NCBI GenBank assembly: GCA_032718475.1
Contig: JAUCBJ010005651.1
Span: 4,679 to 68,678, forward strand
Direction of reading: 5' to 3'
From: Nemertoderma westbladi
Taxonomy: Eukaryota > Animalia > Xenacoelomorpha
DNA: 64,000 nucleotides
Shown here: piece after piece, positions 12,186 through 24,850 of the stretch
Layout of the letters: each line of letters starts with the position of its first letter
Position numbering within the stretch: the stretch's first letter is position 1
Translations under genes and position numbers: made by a program
Notes under the pieces: model-generated
Seen by the model: the letters and a program-made list of their open reading frames with translations, nothing else
What the model was told of the DNA's origin: nothing
Databases searched by the model: none

Positions 12186-13838
12186 GTACCACAGTCGAAC
12201 TACGATTGTGTCACAGTAAGGGGTGACTTGCTGTATGACAGCATATCTTAACAGTGAACACATTGCAAGTACATATATAACCCTCTTTCTGTAAAGGTAG
12301 ATTAATTATCTCCAAAATTAATGTATAAATCTTAGAGCGTTCCTAGACAATGTTTAAGTGCCGAGATATGACAGCTCGTAAATTTAAATACATTCCACAG
12401 GGTAAGCCTTTATGATACTTTATTTGTTTGATATAGAAAGAGTACAGTTTAGTCCATTTTTGTTCAACTGAGTATTCCAAACAGATAATCATAATAATAT
12501 ATTGTTATAGTTAAATATTTTATAATCTTTATAAATATGAACAATATTAAAGTAAAGGCACTAAAAGATAGCCAGAAAAAAACAAATAATATAAATTATT
12601 ATTATGGAATAATGTAATTGAATTAACTAACGTTATGTGTTGCAATGAGGCAAGCAAATGTATTTCATAAATAATTACTGGTCGGCACCTGAAAAGTGCA
12701 ACGGACTACATTTAAATCAGTCCATCTGTATAAAACATTGAGCCAGTTCGACCTTTGTGTGCATAGACGTTCGACATTAGTTGCGCATTAAACCCAATGA
12801 CTCGCAAAATCGAAAGAAACAATAAAATGTAACTTGGCAACGGGACTACATTATAAATGGTAATATAAACGTATTAATTATAATAACTAATATAATATAT
12901 AACGATTAAAAAATATAATTAATTATGGGAAATAATACTATTTCAAACTATTTCCGAACTGCAGACGTAAAGATGGAAATTATCGAATCAACAACGAAAA
13001 AGTTAATAAAATACACAAAATTAAATTTACCGGAAAGTCAATCAATACTGAAACAATCTGATGATACGATACGAACCAATACGATAAAACTGTGCAGCAC
13101 AGAACTGAATTATAACAACATGGTGAACAATTATCTGTCAGCCAGCGAGAAAGTCTTATCATTACCGACATTATTTTATTTTATGTAAAATTTGTATCAA
13201 TAAAAGTTATTAATAAATTGTTACAATTAAAAGTAAAAAAATGAAACGTAAATTGAATTTCGTATCGTATCCCGTCCCAATTCAGATAGGATTACTAGAT
13301 TGGAAATAATATTGCCTACAAAGTGTCAAATAATATTTGGTCAGAAAAAATATTACAAAATAGAAAAAAAAACAAAAAAAAACAACGACAATAATTCTGG
13401 AGATATTAACTATAAATGAGTAAAAATAAATATCACCTCTCTCTTTATCCAAATAATAGCGATTGCTTTATATTAGCGTTATTGTGAACAGTAGGTAACA
13501 AACTATTCTAATCCAGATCAAAAATATTATTAAATAATATTCTTAGTAGATGTCGCTGATTGTTAAAGGAATACTAGAATTACAATTTAATTTACTTTTT
13601 AGTATTAAATTAAATTGAATAATAATTAATTCCTTAGCGACATTATAAAAGTAGTTTTCATTGCAATAACATGAACATGATAACAATATCATGAATAATA
13701 CGATTGTATTCGAATATCAAACAATAATGGGTGAACGTTTTAAAAGCCCATTTTCTATGGATTGGCCAAAATTCTATACAAGACATGTAAAGGTTTAGGA
13801 AACAATGGAATGTATGGAGCTACGACGATTCTGTGGGT

Positions 13839-16763
13839 TTATGTTACAACAAGAGTCGTGGATTCGTCTATATCCATGCTCAAATTCTCGCAGAATTTAT
13901 CGGTGAAGTCGATACAGTTGATGTACTTGAGGTACTTACTGCACCAGTCGCAAGTCGAGATATCAATAACGAAGAAGACCACGATACACATAGCCATGAA
14001 GCCGAGGTAACCGAACCCCGACACAATGATGGCGATGAGTTTCCTAGTCGCGTTCCACGAACCTATAGTGACGTAGGGAAGGAACATAAAGGCGAGAAAA
14101 ATACCTGAAATAAACCCGCCGAGTTGCGCGAAGTTGTCTAACCAGGGGATCAAGCCGAGGACCAGGAAGAACCCGAGGATGCAAAGCAGTTTAAGTAGGG
14201 CGAACCACGGATGCAGGAGAACCGGCCAACTCTGCACGACCTCGACGATGAGACAGGCGAGTATCCCCATCATCGACCCGGAAGGCCCAACCTGCGGCTC
14301 GAACGGCAACAGGATCGCGCTGAGCAGGTTCCCACTGATCCCGCTGAGGAGATAGATGATGGCGATCCGGAGACAACCGGTTAGCTTCTCCATATCCCGG
14401 AGGATCGTCATCTGGAAGACGACGGAGATGAAGCAGTGGATGACTCCGGCGTGAAGGAACAGCGAGATAAAAAGTCGGTAGACCTGGTCCGGCTTGTGTT
14501 CGATCCTAAAGCCGAGGAGTCCGCAGGTGTTGGTGAGGCAGTCCACCTGGCTGCAGAGGAACGCGTTCTCGTGGAAGAAACCCCGGTAGAAGAGACACTC
14601 CTCCGAGGTCATTATCCCGCACTCGGCCTTGATCCCGTAGCAGCAGGGTCTACCCAGAACGTCGCAGTGCATATTGATGTAGGGATCGACGGAGTGGTGC
14701 AGGATCAACCCGGGGTCCGCCGTATCGTTCTCGGGTATCGTGCAGATCGGCCAGCGACTCAGATCGTCCGGCCACTCGGAGGGCGCCGCGCTCAACGGGA
14801 ATCTACACCGACGGGGATCCTGCCCGCAGACGGTGCCGCGAGCGCGGTCCGCCACGCCCACCTTGGCGAAGGTGACGAACGTGGAGAGAGTCGGCGAGCA
14901 GAGCTCCGGGGGCGATTGGACGCAACCCGAGCCGTCGTTACGGACGCAGCACGCGGTCGCGTTCTCCTTGGAGCGACGGGCCGCGGTGCTGTTGGCGATC
15001 TGGTTGTCCGGCCGCATGCACGGGGAGTACTTGGCGCCGAGTCGGATGAGATCGGCGGGACGCGGACCGATCCAGAAGTTAGTCGGGGTCATGTAGCCGA
15101 GAATCTCCCTCGCCAGGTTCGTCTTGAGGACGGTGTCGGAGCGTTCGGCCCCCGAGAACCCCACCGGGGCCATACCGTGGACGCTGAGCGCCACGATGAT
15201 GACCAACACGTGGATGAAGGTGATCCAGTAGGTGAAGTAGGGCCGATGGTCGTCCATTGTGTCCAGTTTGTTAACCAACGCTGAACCGACATCCTCTTTA
15301 AACTGTCGGTTCAGCAGCTGTCCGACTATCCCGAGTCCGAACATGCGTCTGTCCGAGTTGTCGAAGAACGATTCGACTAGTTGGTCCGGAATCCGAGCGA
15401 GGCGGTTCTCGGAGACGGCCGGAGTCGGCCCCGGAAGAAGCGGCAACGACTTCCGTTCCTTTCGACCCCATCCGGGATGGACCGGAAGGGCGGCGAGGGA
15501 CTCGGCGGTGGTGGTCCGGTCGAGCAACTCGCCGGCGAGACTGGGGGCGTCCCCGCCGCCGCTGCCCCACCGCCCCGGGGAGTAGAGAGCGCCCTCCAGC
15601 GGCTCCCGAGGGAACCCCGCGTCGACAACGTCGGCCTCCTCCGATTGGGGGGTCGGGACCTCCTCGGTGAGGGTCGGCAGCGGGAAGGACTTCCTGCGTT
15701 GCCACGGCGGCGGGGACGACGGGACAAACCGGGAGGTCGTCGACGGAGCGAAATCGAAGAAAATCGAGTCGTCTGCGGAAAAAGGAGTCTCCCTGCTCGG
15801 CGGACCGGCGTCGAAGTCATTCGAGAAGAACCCTTCGTGGAAAAAAGTGCTGGAGTAACACTCGTGTTCTAGAACGTCGGCAGGGAAACTGCGGTCGGTT
15901 GGGATGGGAGCGGGAACTGGAACGGAAGGAGGGCGGGAGGGTTGGCGCAGCAGCGTCTGGAAGCCGCTGACTGCCATCCGCGCAGCTGAAACGCGTCTCC
16001 AGTTGCGTCGAGCGCCTGCCCCGGTGGCGCTACTGGTGGAGTACTGGCTTGTTTGTCTGGAGAACATAGTGGGGGTGATGGAGGGGCGGGCCATCGGGGA
16101 GCTTAGTGTGAACGGCCGGGAGGCGAACTGAGCGGGGGCTGTAGCGGGGACGGATAACGGCGAGACGCCGTCCAGCGAGTCCAACTGGCTGACCGCGGCG
16201 CCGCGACTCGATGTCTCGTCTATCGTCGTCTTCAGTGGGCCGAACCGCCGGAGACGCAACTTCTCCCGGCGTTGGGCCCACTTGGCCTGCTCGCTGAGGT
16301 TGTCCTCGCCGCCCCCGAGGCCCAGAAACCGCTGGGTGTTGGTGGAGATCCGGTTGATGGTTCGGCGGGGTCGGGAGGAGTTGCTGCGGGAGAAGAGAGG
16401 CGGGGAGGCGGACGGAGGGGCCATAGTCTCTTGGGTGGTGAGACTCCGCCGGAAGGGAGGGAGGGGATGACTGGAGGGTTGCTGGCTGGAGGAACGGGTG
16501 AGTGGCGGTGGTTTGGGTAGGGGTTTCTCGGGGTAGAGAGGGGTGGTGGGTTCGCTGGCATGTAACAAAGGGGTGTTCGGGCTCGGTTCATCGGGGTGTA
16601 GCAGTGGGGTGCAGGGTTCGCTGCGGTGAAGTTTGAGAGGGTGATCTGTTACATCATCTTGGTCCCGTGGTGCAGTTGGTTTGTAATCCTCGGGACCAGA
16701 ATCTGCAGGATTATCTGGGTAGTTGACGATAGTCCAATCATTATCATCGGAAACGTTATCCAT
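13839..16763 (-). CDS. RHBDF: Inactive rhomboid protein (iRhom, RHBDF1/2 ortholog), single-exon 974 aa
   Basis: DDHRPYFTYWITF, NFWIGP..DLIRLGAKYSPCMR, Cys-rich iRhom homology domain (CCVRNDGSGCVQ, CGQDPRRC, GRPCC), PDQVYRLFISLFLHAG, VGPSGS (GPx pseudoprotease motif), long cytoplasmic N-terminus. Confidence 0.96.
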   Translation of the reverse strand: MDNVSDDNDWTIVNYPDNPADSGPEDYKPTAPRDQDDVTDHPLKLHRSEPCTPLLHPDEPSPNTPLLHASEPTTPLYPEKPLPKPPPLTRSSSQQPSSHPLPPFRRSLTTQETMAPPSASPPLFSRSNSSRPRRTINRISTNTQRFLGLGGGEDNLSEQAKWAQRREKLRLRRFGPLKTTIDETSSRGAAVSQLDSLDGVSPLSVPATAPAQFASRPFTLSSPMARPSITPTMFSRQTSQYSTSSATGAGARRNWRRVSAARMAVSGFQTLLRQPSRPPSVPVPAPIPTDRSFPADVLEHECYSSTFFHEGFFSNDFDAGPPSRETPFSADDSIFFDFAPSTTSRFVPSSPPPWQRRKSFPLPTLTEEVPTPQSEEADVVDAGFPREPLEGALYSPGRWGSGGGDAPSLAGELLDRTTTAESLAALPVHPGWGRKERKSLPLLPGPTPAVSENRLARIPDQLVESFFDNSDRRMFGLGIVGQLLNRQFKEDVGSALVNKLDTMDDHRPYFTYWITFIHVLVIIVALSVHGMAPVGFSGAERSDTVLKTNLAREILGYMTPTNFWIGPRPADLIRLGAKYSPCMRPDNQIANSTAARRSKENATACCVRNDGSGCVQSPPELCSPTLSTFVTFAKVGVADRARGTVCGQDPRRCRFPLSAAPSEWPDDLSRWPICTIPENDTADPGLILHHSVDPYINMHCDVLGRPCCYGIKAECGIMTSEECLFYRGFFHENAFLCSQVDCLTNTCGLLGFRIEHKPDQVYRLFISLFLHAGVIHCFISVVFQMTILRDMEKLTGCLRIAIIYLLSGISGNLLSAILLPFEPQVGPSGSMMGILACLIVEVVQSWPVLLHPWFALLKLLCILGFFLVLGLIPWLDNFAQLGGFISGIFLAFMFLPYVTIGSWNATRKLIAIIVSGFGYLGFMAMCIVVFFVIDISTCDWCSKYLKYINCIDFTDKFCENLSMDIDESTTLVVT

Positions 16764-16989
16764 TTCTCAAAAACAAATCAATAAAATATACCTAGGATAG
16801 GCCTATAACCTGATAACAGTCCGACAGTGCAGTAGGGCAGGGCTGTAGCGTAGGGGATATCCTGATATACATTTCTGCATTTCAGTTCAATTCAAAGCTC
16901 AGTTTACGCCCCGGCAGGATATATTGATAAAATTATAGCAGCATAGGGTGATACCGGTGACCGGTACCGTAACTGTTAAAAATAAAATT

Positions 16990-17217
16990 TAACAATAAGC
17001 AACAACGAACAACAATGAGCAACAACTAGCAATAAAAAGTACAACAACGAGCAACAACTAGCAATAATAAAGTACAATAACGAGCAACAATGAGCAACAA
17101 CGAACAACAATGAGCAACAACGAGCACCAATGTGCAACAACGAGCAACAATGAACAATAACGAGCAACAATGAACAATAACGAGCAATAATAAAGTACAA
17201 CAACGATAGCAACAATG
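16990..17217. repeat. 10-bp-unit low-complexity array (ACAACGAGCA/ACAATGAGCA)
   Basis: Directly visible; reverse complement of the array at 20780-21344. Confidence 0.85.
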
Positions 17218-17473
17218 ATACTTATGCTGTTATGCAGTATAATATATCCCAGTAATCCCGAATGTATATGTAGGATATAAATAAATTCCCAATCAAGAAC
17301 TTAATAAAAAATGCTTCCATCCATACCCGCAATTTCATCAAGACAGCAAGATGGTGCACAATCTGACAATACTGTAGGCCTACTGCTATTGCTATACCGG
17401 GCCGGGACCGGTAGGCCTACAAATATTTATCAGTTTACCTGATTTCAATCTATCAGTCTTGTTCTGTTCGGCT

Positions 17474-20080
17474 AATGGAAATGGAAATGGAAAGTTTTTA
17501 TTTACTTCTATAAGTAAAAACGCACCAACATGCACAACACAATAAAATAAGATCATCTTTTTAAACATTCACTGAGTGACTGATAGAGGCCGTATCTAAA
17601 TAGTCAAATATTAATATACAAATAGTATACTATACAATACGCCGATATAAAAACAAATTTATTATTATTGGTAAGTATATTGGTGTATGCGATATACAAT
17701 ATAAAATAAGTATGTCTGTATGTAAGGTATTGTTTTTAAAATACATAAAATAAATTAAAATAATTCTGTACGATAGTGATCTTAAAATAGAAACAAACAA
17801 CACATTAAAATATTAAAATACTTAAAAATTAATAAAATAAAATGTTTTAAGTTTAGTAGTTTTATTCTTAAAATAAGCAATGTTTAATAAAATAAGTATA
17901 TTATGTAATGTAGGTTTATTGAATTAAAATAATGTAGAAATAATGTATTTAAAGTAATGAAATATTGAAATAAAAATATAAAAGTTTATGTTCTTTTGGA
18001 CTATTATTATGGTAGATTACGGAATGCTTTCAAGTATGAGGTCAAATCAACATCACGTAATAGAGTTTTAAAGGAACCTAATGATGTAGCCTCAACTACA
18101 TTGGCCGGAAAGCCGTTCCCAAGGTTGATTACTCTAAAGAAAAAGCTATTTTGTATTAAGCATGATGCCACATTTGGTTTAAGTAACTTATACTTATGTC
18201 CACGTGTTCTACAATTGTTACTAATAATGTTAAAGCGGTTGATTAAGTTAGGGACATCCACCAGACCAAGATCTTCGCGAATTATTTTGAAGGTCATAGT
18301 TAGATCAAGTCGGAGACGGCGCAGTTCGAGTGATTCGAGACATAGAATACGAAGTCGTTCAAAGTATGGTTTCTTTGGATCAAGCGAACATCGATAAAAC
18401 AACCTTCGTCTAAACAATCTTTGAACTTTTTCGAGTTTATCGATGGAACCGAGATAACCCTCTTTACAAGTAGTTGATAGGAATGGATTCCAAACAGTAG
18501 TAGCATATTCCACAAGAGGTCTCGCAAAGGTCGTATATGCTCTCAATAGTGCTTGGCGGTTATTGGTACAGAACATTTTATAAACCACGCTAATAACATA
18601 GTATGCCTTTTTACAAATAGCATTAATGTGGTTTTGAAATGACAATGATGAGTCAATAATTACACCCAGGTCGCGGCAATGATCAACTCGTGTCAATATG
18701 GTGGAATCAATATTGTAGTCAACGCGTTCAAAATTCTTAGTTCCAATATTTTATACTGTACATTTTTCGATAGCGATTGTCATTTACCATGTACTGATAA
18801 CACCATTTTACAAAGTTTGTAAGAGATTCTGATAGAGCGTTATGATTGTTATTGGGGCCATATAATTTATTATCATCCGCAAATAGTTTCATCTCAGCCG
18901 GTAGAACACAATTATCAGGGCAATCGTCTATAAAGCATATGAACTTTATTGGTCCTCCAACTGTTCCTTTGTGGGATACTGCTGCCAGTGACGTCTTTAT
19001 AGCTCGAATATATCCCAGATACCTTAACACGTTGGGTACGGCCAGTAAGGAATGATTGAATCCAGGTTAATACTTTTCCTTTTATATTATAGCTATGTTC
19101 CAACTTATATAATAGTTTAGAATGCGATACTCTGTCAAAAGCTTTTGATAGATCTGTGCTAATGACGTCAATACCTGATCCAATTGCCAAAATATCAGTC
19201 CAATCGCCCATACACTCCAATAACTGTAGTTCAGTAGATCTTCCTTGGAGGAAACCAAATTGTTTACCATAAATCAAATTGTTGATACATAAATATTTTA
19301 TTATTTGTCGCCACATTATTCGTTCAAAGGTACGACATACAACGGAGGTTATTGATATGGGTCTATAATTTGATAGTTTACTTGCTTCACCCTTTTTAAA
19401 TATTGGCGATATATCAGCAGTGCGCCATTGTTGTAGAACTTCTCCTTTTACAAGGGAATTCATGAAAATAATACATAATGGAAGAGTAATTTCATGACAC
19501 CTTTTTTAATACACCAGATGGGATTCTGTCTGGGGTATCAGAATATGTATCTGGGAGGAGAGATAAAAGTTTTGTAATTGCATGGGGCGTTATATCTATA
19601 TCTTGAATTGAGATATCGGGGTTCGCGCGTGGGGTCATTGGAGGATTAATTCCATTGTCATATGTAAACACCGATGTGAATTGATCATTTAGGATTTCAG
19701 CTTTGCCTCTGGGGTTTGTAACTAATTCACCATTACTCGACATTAGTGCTGCAACACCAGATGGTATAGCGCGTTTAGACAGTTAGAGTTAATATATTTG
19801 TAGAAGTCACTTGGTTTATCAGAGCTCAAAATCTTATCCTCCTTTTCGAAATCTAAGTTTTGTTTTGCAATTATAAATTGTTCACAACTTGCTCTATATT
19901 TCATTTTATTTGCTGTGGTGGGATTGTCGCGCCATTCCCTGTGTGATACAACTTTCTTCTTTACTAGTTTCTTTAATTCTTTAGGTTTCGGTTTTGTCTT
20001 ATTAATATTGCATCTTTTTAGTGGGACAGTAGCATCGAATATAGAATATATAATCTCAATAAATGTGTCATACATAAGTG
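17474..20080 (-). mobile_element. Decayed, 5'-truncated CR1-group LINE (RT fragments, AT-rich 3' UTR, AATAAA + (TTTCCA)n tail)
   Basis: Fragments WRTADISPIFKKG..NYRPIS, QFGFLQGRST, DLSKAFDRVSH, KLFADD, DLGVIIDSSLSF, FFFRVIN..VVEATSLGSFK across frameshifts; minus-strand aataaaaaactttccatttccatttccat at ~17475-17503. Confidence 0.88.
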
Positions 20081-20779
20081 CTAGAAGTGTCCTTGAAACT
20101 TACCGGTACTAACAATACCTAATGCAGGAGATAAATTAATGAATTGCCGTAAAGTCATGTAGTTCTATTATCGGTACAAATGAACAATGCATTTTCAGGG
20201 CCCTCCCTCCCTTCAACGTATTATCTGGTTCTGACTGTCAGAGTTTGTCAGACTGCCTGATGTACAGATGTACGGTACTGCAGTACTGTGAAGTGAAGTG
20301 TGAACTGGTTTTCGTATTATTATTATTTTTATTTTATACCTGTATACAGTCTGACAATTGGATTGCCTGATTGCCCGTCAGTCCTGATCCTGAAGTCTGC
20401 CTAGCGTTCTATATTACAGACTATAGTATAACTAGGCTACTGTACTGTATAGCTTGTGGGATGGGGTAGGTGTAGGCCAAGCCTATTTTGTATTTGATTT
20501 GATATTTAGGTTACTGGGTTAACATTTAGTCAGTTACCGGTAGTTGCTCAGAAGTTACAGGGAAGTGGCTATGGCTACTGACTGGACGTCCGGACAGGAC
20601 CCTCTAAATACCGTATTGAAGATTTATATATTTGATTTATATTTTACATGCATATTATTGACCGGACCCTTATCTGCCTTATTACCTCAGCTTTTTGTGA
20701 CCGGACCCATAATCTTGTAACATGACTTAACTTTCGTTTATTGTTTTGGTTACCACCAAAATGTATTGCTATTTTGGTT

Positions 20780-21344
20780 GCTCATTTGCTTGTTGCTTTG
20801 TTGCTGATTGTTGCTCGTTGTTGCTCGTTATTGTTCATTGTTGCTCGTTGTTGCACATTGGTGCTCGTTGTTGCTCTTTGTTGCTCATTGTTGATTGCTG
20901 TTACTCATTGTTGCTCGTTGTTGTACTTTGTTATTGCTCGTTGTTCCTCATTGGTGCTCGTTGTTGCTCATTGTTGCTCGTTATTGCTCGTTGTTCCTCA
21001 TTATCGCTCGTTGTTGTTCATTGTTGCTCGTTGTTGTTCGTTGTTATCCTCATTCTTCCTCGTTGTTGCTCATTGTTACTCGTTGTTGTACATTATTGCT
21101 CGTTGTTGCTCATTGTTGTACTTTATTATTGCTCGTTGTTGCTCATTGTTGATCATTGTTACTTGTTGTTGCTCATTGTCACTCGTTGTTGCACATTATT
21201 GCTCGTTGTTGCTCATTGTTGTACTTTATTATTGCTTGTTGTTGCTCATTGTTGCTTGTTGTTGCTCATTGTTGCTCATTGTTACTCGTTGTTGCTCATT
21301 GTTGCTCGTTGTTGCTCATTGTTGCTCGTTGATGATCATTGTTG
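20780..21344. repeat. 10-bp-unit low-complexity array (TTGTTGCTCG/TTGTTGCTCA)
   Basis: Directly visible; resumes briefly at 23762 after an insertion. Confidence 0.9.
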
Positions 21345-23761
21345 CCCACACTGGAATCCTTACAGGGTGCGCCGGATTTATCCGGCGCGCATTGAAAAGC
21401 CTGGCGCGCAAATTTGGCGCGTTTTCATAAAACGCGCCAAGATTTGGCGCGCTGGCGCGCAAAAATTATGCATTGGCGCGCTGGCGCGCAAAAATTATGC
21501 ATTGGCGCGCTGGCGCGCAAAAATTATTCATTGGCGCGCTACAAATATTTCATGCCGGGCCACCTCCACCGCTCCACCTATCCCTACATACATCCCATAC
21601 AGTCAGACAGTCAACCTATCAGCATTTATAATTTTACATAGATACCCCGTCGCTATGTAAATCCTAGATACCGATAGATATTTTCCTATATACTTAGCCG
21701 TGTGTATCCAATGTGTATGTAGAGTATTGTATGCATTGGCCATAGGCCGTAAGCGTAGGGTAGGATGTAGGGATTAGATGAGGTAGGCTTCACCCCCCTC
21801 TCCCAATATCTCCATGTTGTAACATTGAGCTTCATGTCTGCCCTGAATGTCCTGTGCTCCTAACCAAACATTATTTTCAGATAACCACAGGTTCCAAGTT
21901 TTTTTTACTCTTTATAACCACAGGTTAGTAACGTTTTAACCGTGGGTTTTTCTTTTATAACCACAGGTTATAAATAAATTAAAGCCTCGGTTTATTAAAA
22001 TTACCGCCAGTTTTCTCAAATAAAAACGCCAGTTGACTGTTAATTAAACGGCGGTTTCGTAAAAACTGGTTTATTTGGTTGCCGTTTTACCTGTGGTTTT
22101 TTGAGAAAACCGGCAGTTTTAAATAGTTGAAACGCCAGTTACCAGCAGTAAACCATAGGTTAATAAATGCCGATTAAGTATTCGACCGGGAATTTGCGTT
22201 AAACCAGAACCTGAGGTTACAGAAACCGGCAGTTCCTTGCTATAAAAAATACCAGAGGTTTTACAACGCATTTTTAGGTTCTAAACAACCGCCGGAACCG
22301 CCGGTTTTACGAGAGATAATCAACCCCCGGTTTGTACAACTGCCAGTTCTTGGCAACGTTTATTTACATACCGGTACCGCCGGTTTGTAAAGACAACCTG
22401 CGGTGGTTTTCGTTGCAAAACAACCCCAGGCTGCCAAGTGCCAAGTAGTTCTTGCAAACCGGCAGTTTTTTAACAAAATACCACCACTTACTTTTTTCAG
22501 TGTACGCAAAGACAAGAGGGCGGTCAGTCAAATAAAACATTGGAAAATCGCACGAAATGTGATTGGATGCTTCCTGTTCCAATTGCCTGCCCAAACACTC
22601 TGAAAGAAATTGTGACGCTATATCTAAAAAAACATAAACCCCCAGTCCTAAAAATGACTGACCCAAGAACGCAGTTGCAGCCTGGCCATGGTCAAGTTAT
22701 CAAACGTATACAGACGAAAACTAAATATTTATTTGATGAAATTCGTCATTGAATAGTAATACTGAATCAACTTAGACTTAAATTCTATGCAAATTTTGCC
22801 TATTATTAATCTACGCCTATTTGCAATAGGGAAAGAGGATTGAATTGGGGGGGGGGGGGGGGGGGTGGGTGTAGTGTTGATCAGGGATGGCATAATTTCG
22901 AATAATCGAATTTAATTATATTAACCAAACATATTGGAATTAATGCGATTACTAAAATTATGTTAAAATTGCTCGCTAAAATGTGACCTGATAAAAGTAA
23001 AATAAATAAGTAAATAGATTGCATCGAGTTATAAAATAATGAAATAACAGTTGTCCATCGTAATGCAGAACATCGTCCCGTGATAAGCGACCTCCACGTC
23101 TGAATTTAACAACTTTTATTTTTGAGCTATTGACTGTTAGGTCGTGGTCTCTGCAGTAGTCAAGTAATGTATCGAGTGCAATCTGAACTTGCGCAATGGA
23201 ATTTCTACAAATAACTACAGAACTAGATCGTCGGCATACATGAATATAAGGCATCCAGTTGCTATAATAACTGCAGGGAGGTCGGAAACAAACAAGATGA
23301 ATATGAGAGGGTATAGCTCAGTAGCATGTCACCTTGAATAACTCCAATGGTCTGTGTGATCGGTTCCAGAACATAAATCCCAATTAATATACAAACAAAG
23401 TTTATTGCTAGTATTGCCCAATCACGGTGATACATTTTCGACTGATGCCAAGTGCCAAGACGGCAATACATTAATACTTAATAAATCCTGAACATTATTG
23501 TGTGCTGATGGCCTAATTGTTGTATCATACAGTATGTGGCATGTTAAGTGAGCTCAAAACAAAATTATTTCCTGGCGTGCATATATTCTTAACTGGCGCC
23601 GAATGTATTTTAATTTGTATGCTACATTTTTTCTGGCGCACATCAATTTATAGAGTTCAGAGTGTTGGCGCGGCGCGATTTCCAATATTACTAGGCGCGG
23701 CGCGATTTTCATAATATCTGGCGCGTTATCCGGAGCGCTTTTTGTAAGGATTCCACTAGGG
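21345..23761. mobile_element. Non-autonomous TIR DNA element with TGGCGCGC subterminal repeats and candidate 7-bp TSD ATTGTTG
   Basis: Left end cccacactggaatccttaca..., right end ...tgtaaggattccactaggg (imperfect inverted); ATTGTTG at 21338-21344 and 23762-23768; tggcgcg repeats near both ends. Confidence 0.7.
22990..23365 (-). pseudogene. Small non-LTR reverse transcriptase fragment nested in the TIR element
   Basis: TIGVIQGDML and QIALDTLLDYCRDHDLTVNSSKIKVVKFRRGGRLS resemble LINE RT motifs (GV.QG; L.VN..KTK.V.F). Confidence 0.55.
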
Positions 23762-23829
23762 ATTGTTGCTCGTTGTGCATTTTAGCACCTACCACATAGA
23801 AATCATTCAGAAGTTCTGTAGGTTAAGCA

Positions 23830-24200
23830 ATACTGCAGGATGCGCACATATTCAGGGGAAGAGTTCGAGGAATCAAAGAATTGAGGCCTGGTAGTCAAAA
23901 TTCCCCGTTTTGGGAATGTCGGAATGGTTAACACACTTAAACGAATTAGAATAAACGGTGTCATTAACTTCGAAGATGAACTTCATGTGCAGGTTGTACG
24001 CTTCACTTATATGAACTACTTACAGCGTGTACTGAATCTTATAAAGCAACGATGGAATAGCCACAGAATTCGCACTATAGTAGTTTAATATCACCGGGAG
24101 GTGAACCAGATTTGTTATACCTTGACGTTCCGAACTATATAGAAACTGTTAGTGATCATGATATCAATCTACTGAACATATTTACCAGTTCAAACCATCT
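23830..24200 (+). mobile_element. Decayed IS3EU/integrase-core-type DDE transposase fragment
   Basis: Manual translation: QGKSSRNQRIEAW*SKF (~23853), ...FTYMNYLQRVLNLIKQRWNSHRIR (~24005-24073), then PGGEPDLLY; matches recalled GxSxxNQRIE and WNxHRIR motifs. Confidence 0.6.
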
Positions 24201-24850
24201 TGCATTCGCTCTATGGAGTTGGCTGGAGACAACATTTTTGCAGAAGATGAGGCGCCCCCAAAGATCAAGACACCAACAAACTGTCACAACTTAACTGACT
24301 GTCAGAACACATGTTTTTAGGCCTACCTAGTTACCTTTTAAATAATGTCAATCGCTTATAAAATCTAATATAAATACAGTATAATAATATGTTGACAGAC
24401 ATTCTTAGATATTACAGACATTTTTTGCTCGGGAAGATTCAATCTTTAAAGTCAATTATCCCAACTATGAAATGAAAGCTACAGTATAGCCGTGTGCAAA
24501 ATAATTTTTTGTGAGAAATTTTTACTTTTCAATAGTTACATCTTGAAATTGTTATATCTTGTTTTTTTTTAGAAAAAAATCAGTGTTATTTTTTGTTAAT
24601 TTAAAATTTTATTTTGAAGAATAACGGTATTTTCCTTGAAAAGTCTGAAACAAATATTCTGCTGTAAACGGCCATGCTGATTCAAAAATAACAGATTACA
24701 ACTTCTGAAAATATAGGATACCGAAGGTGTAGCATCTGGTCCCTAAGGGGCAGCAAAAATCTAAATTAATTTCAATTCAATATACAGCAGTCCACCGAAA
24801 ATGCATATACTTTATTTCTACTTTTTTTGAGCAGTCTTATTTATGCATCA

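Noticed and set aside
12925-13188. 87-aa ATG ORF with GNNTISNYF
   Set aside because: AT-rich, no convincing domain or splice structure.
14134-16591. Many overlapping and antisense ORFs inside iRhom
   Set aside because: Expected from stop-codon scarcity in GC-rich coding DNA.
20741-21660. Cys/Leu-rich 229-aa and 304-aa ORFs (also 16976-17215)
   Set aside because: Translations of the 10-bp low-complexity array; non-ATG starts, no domain.
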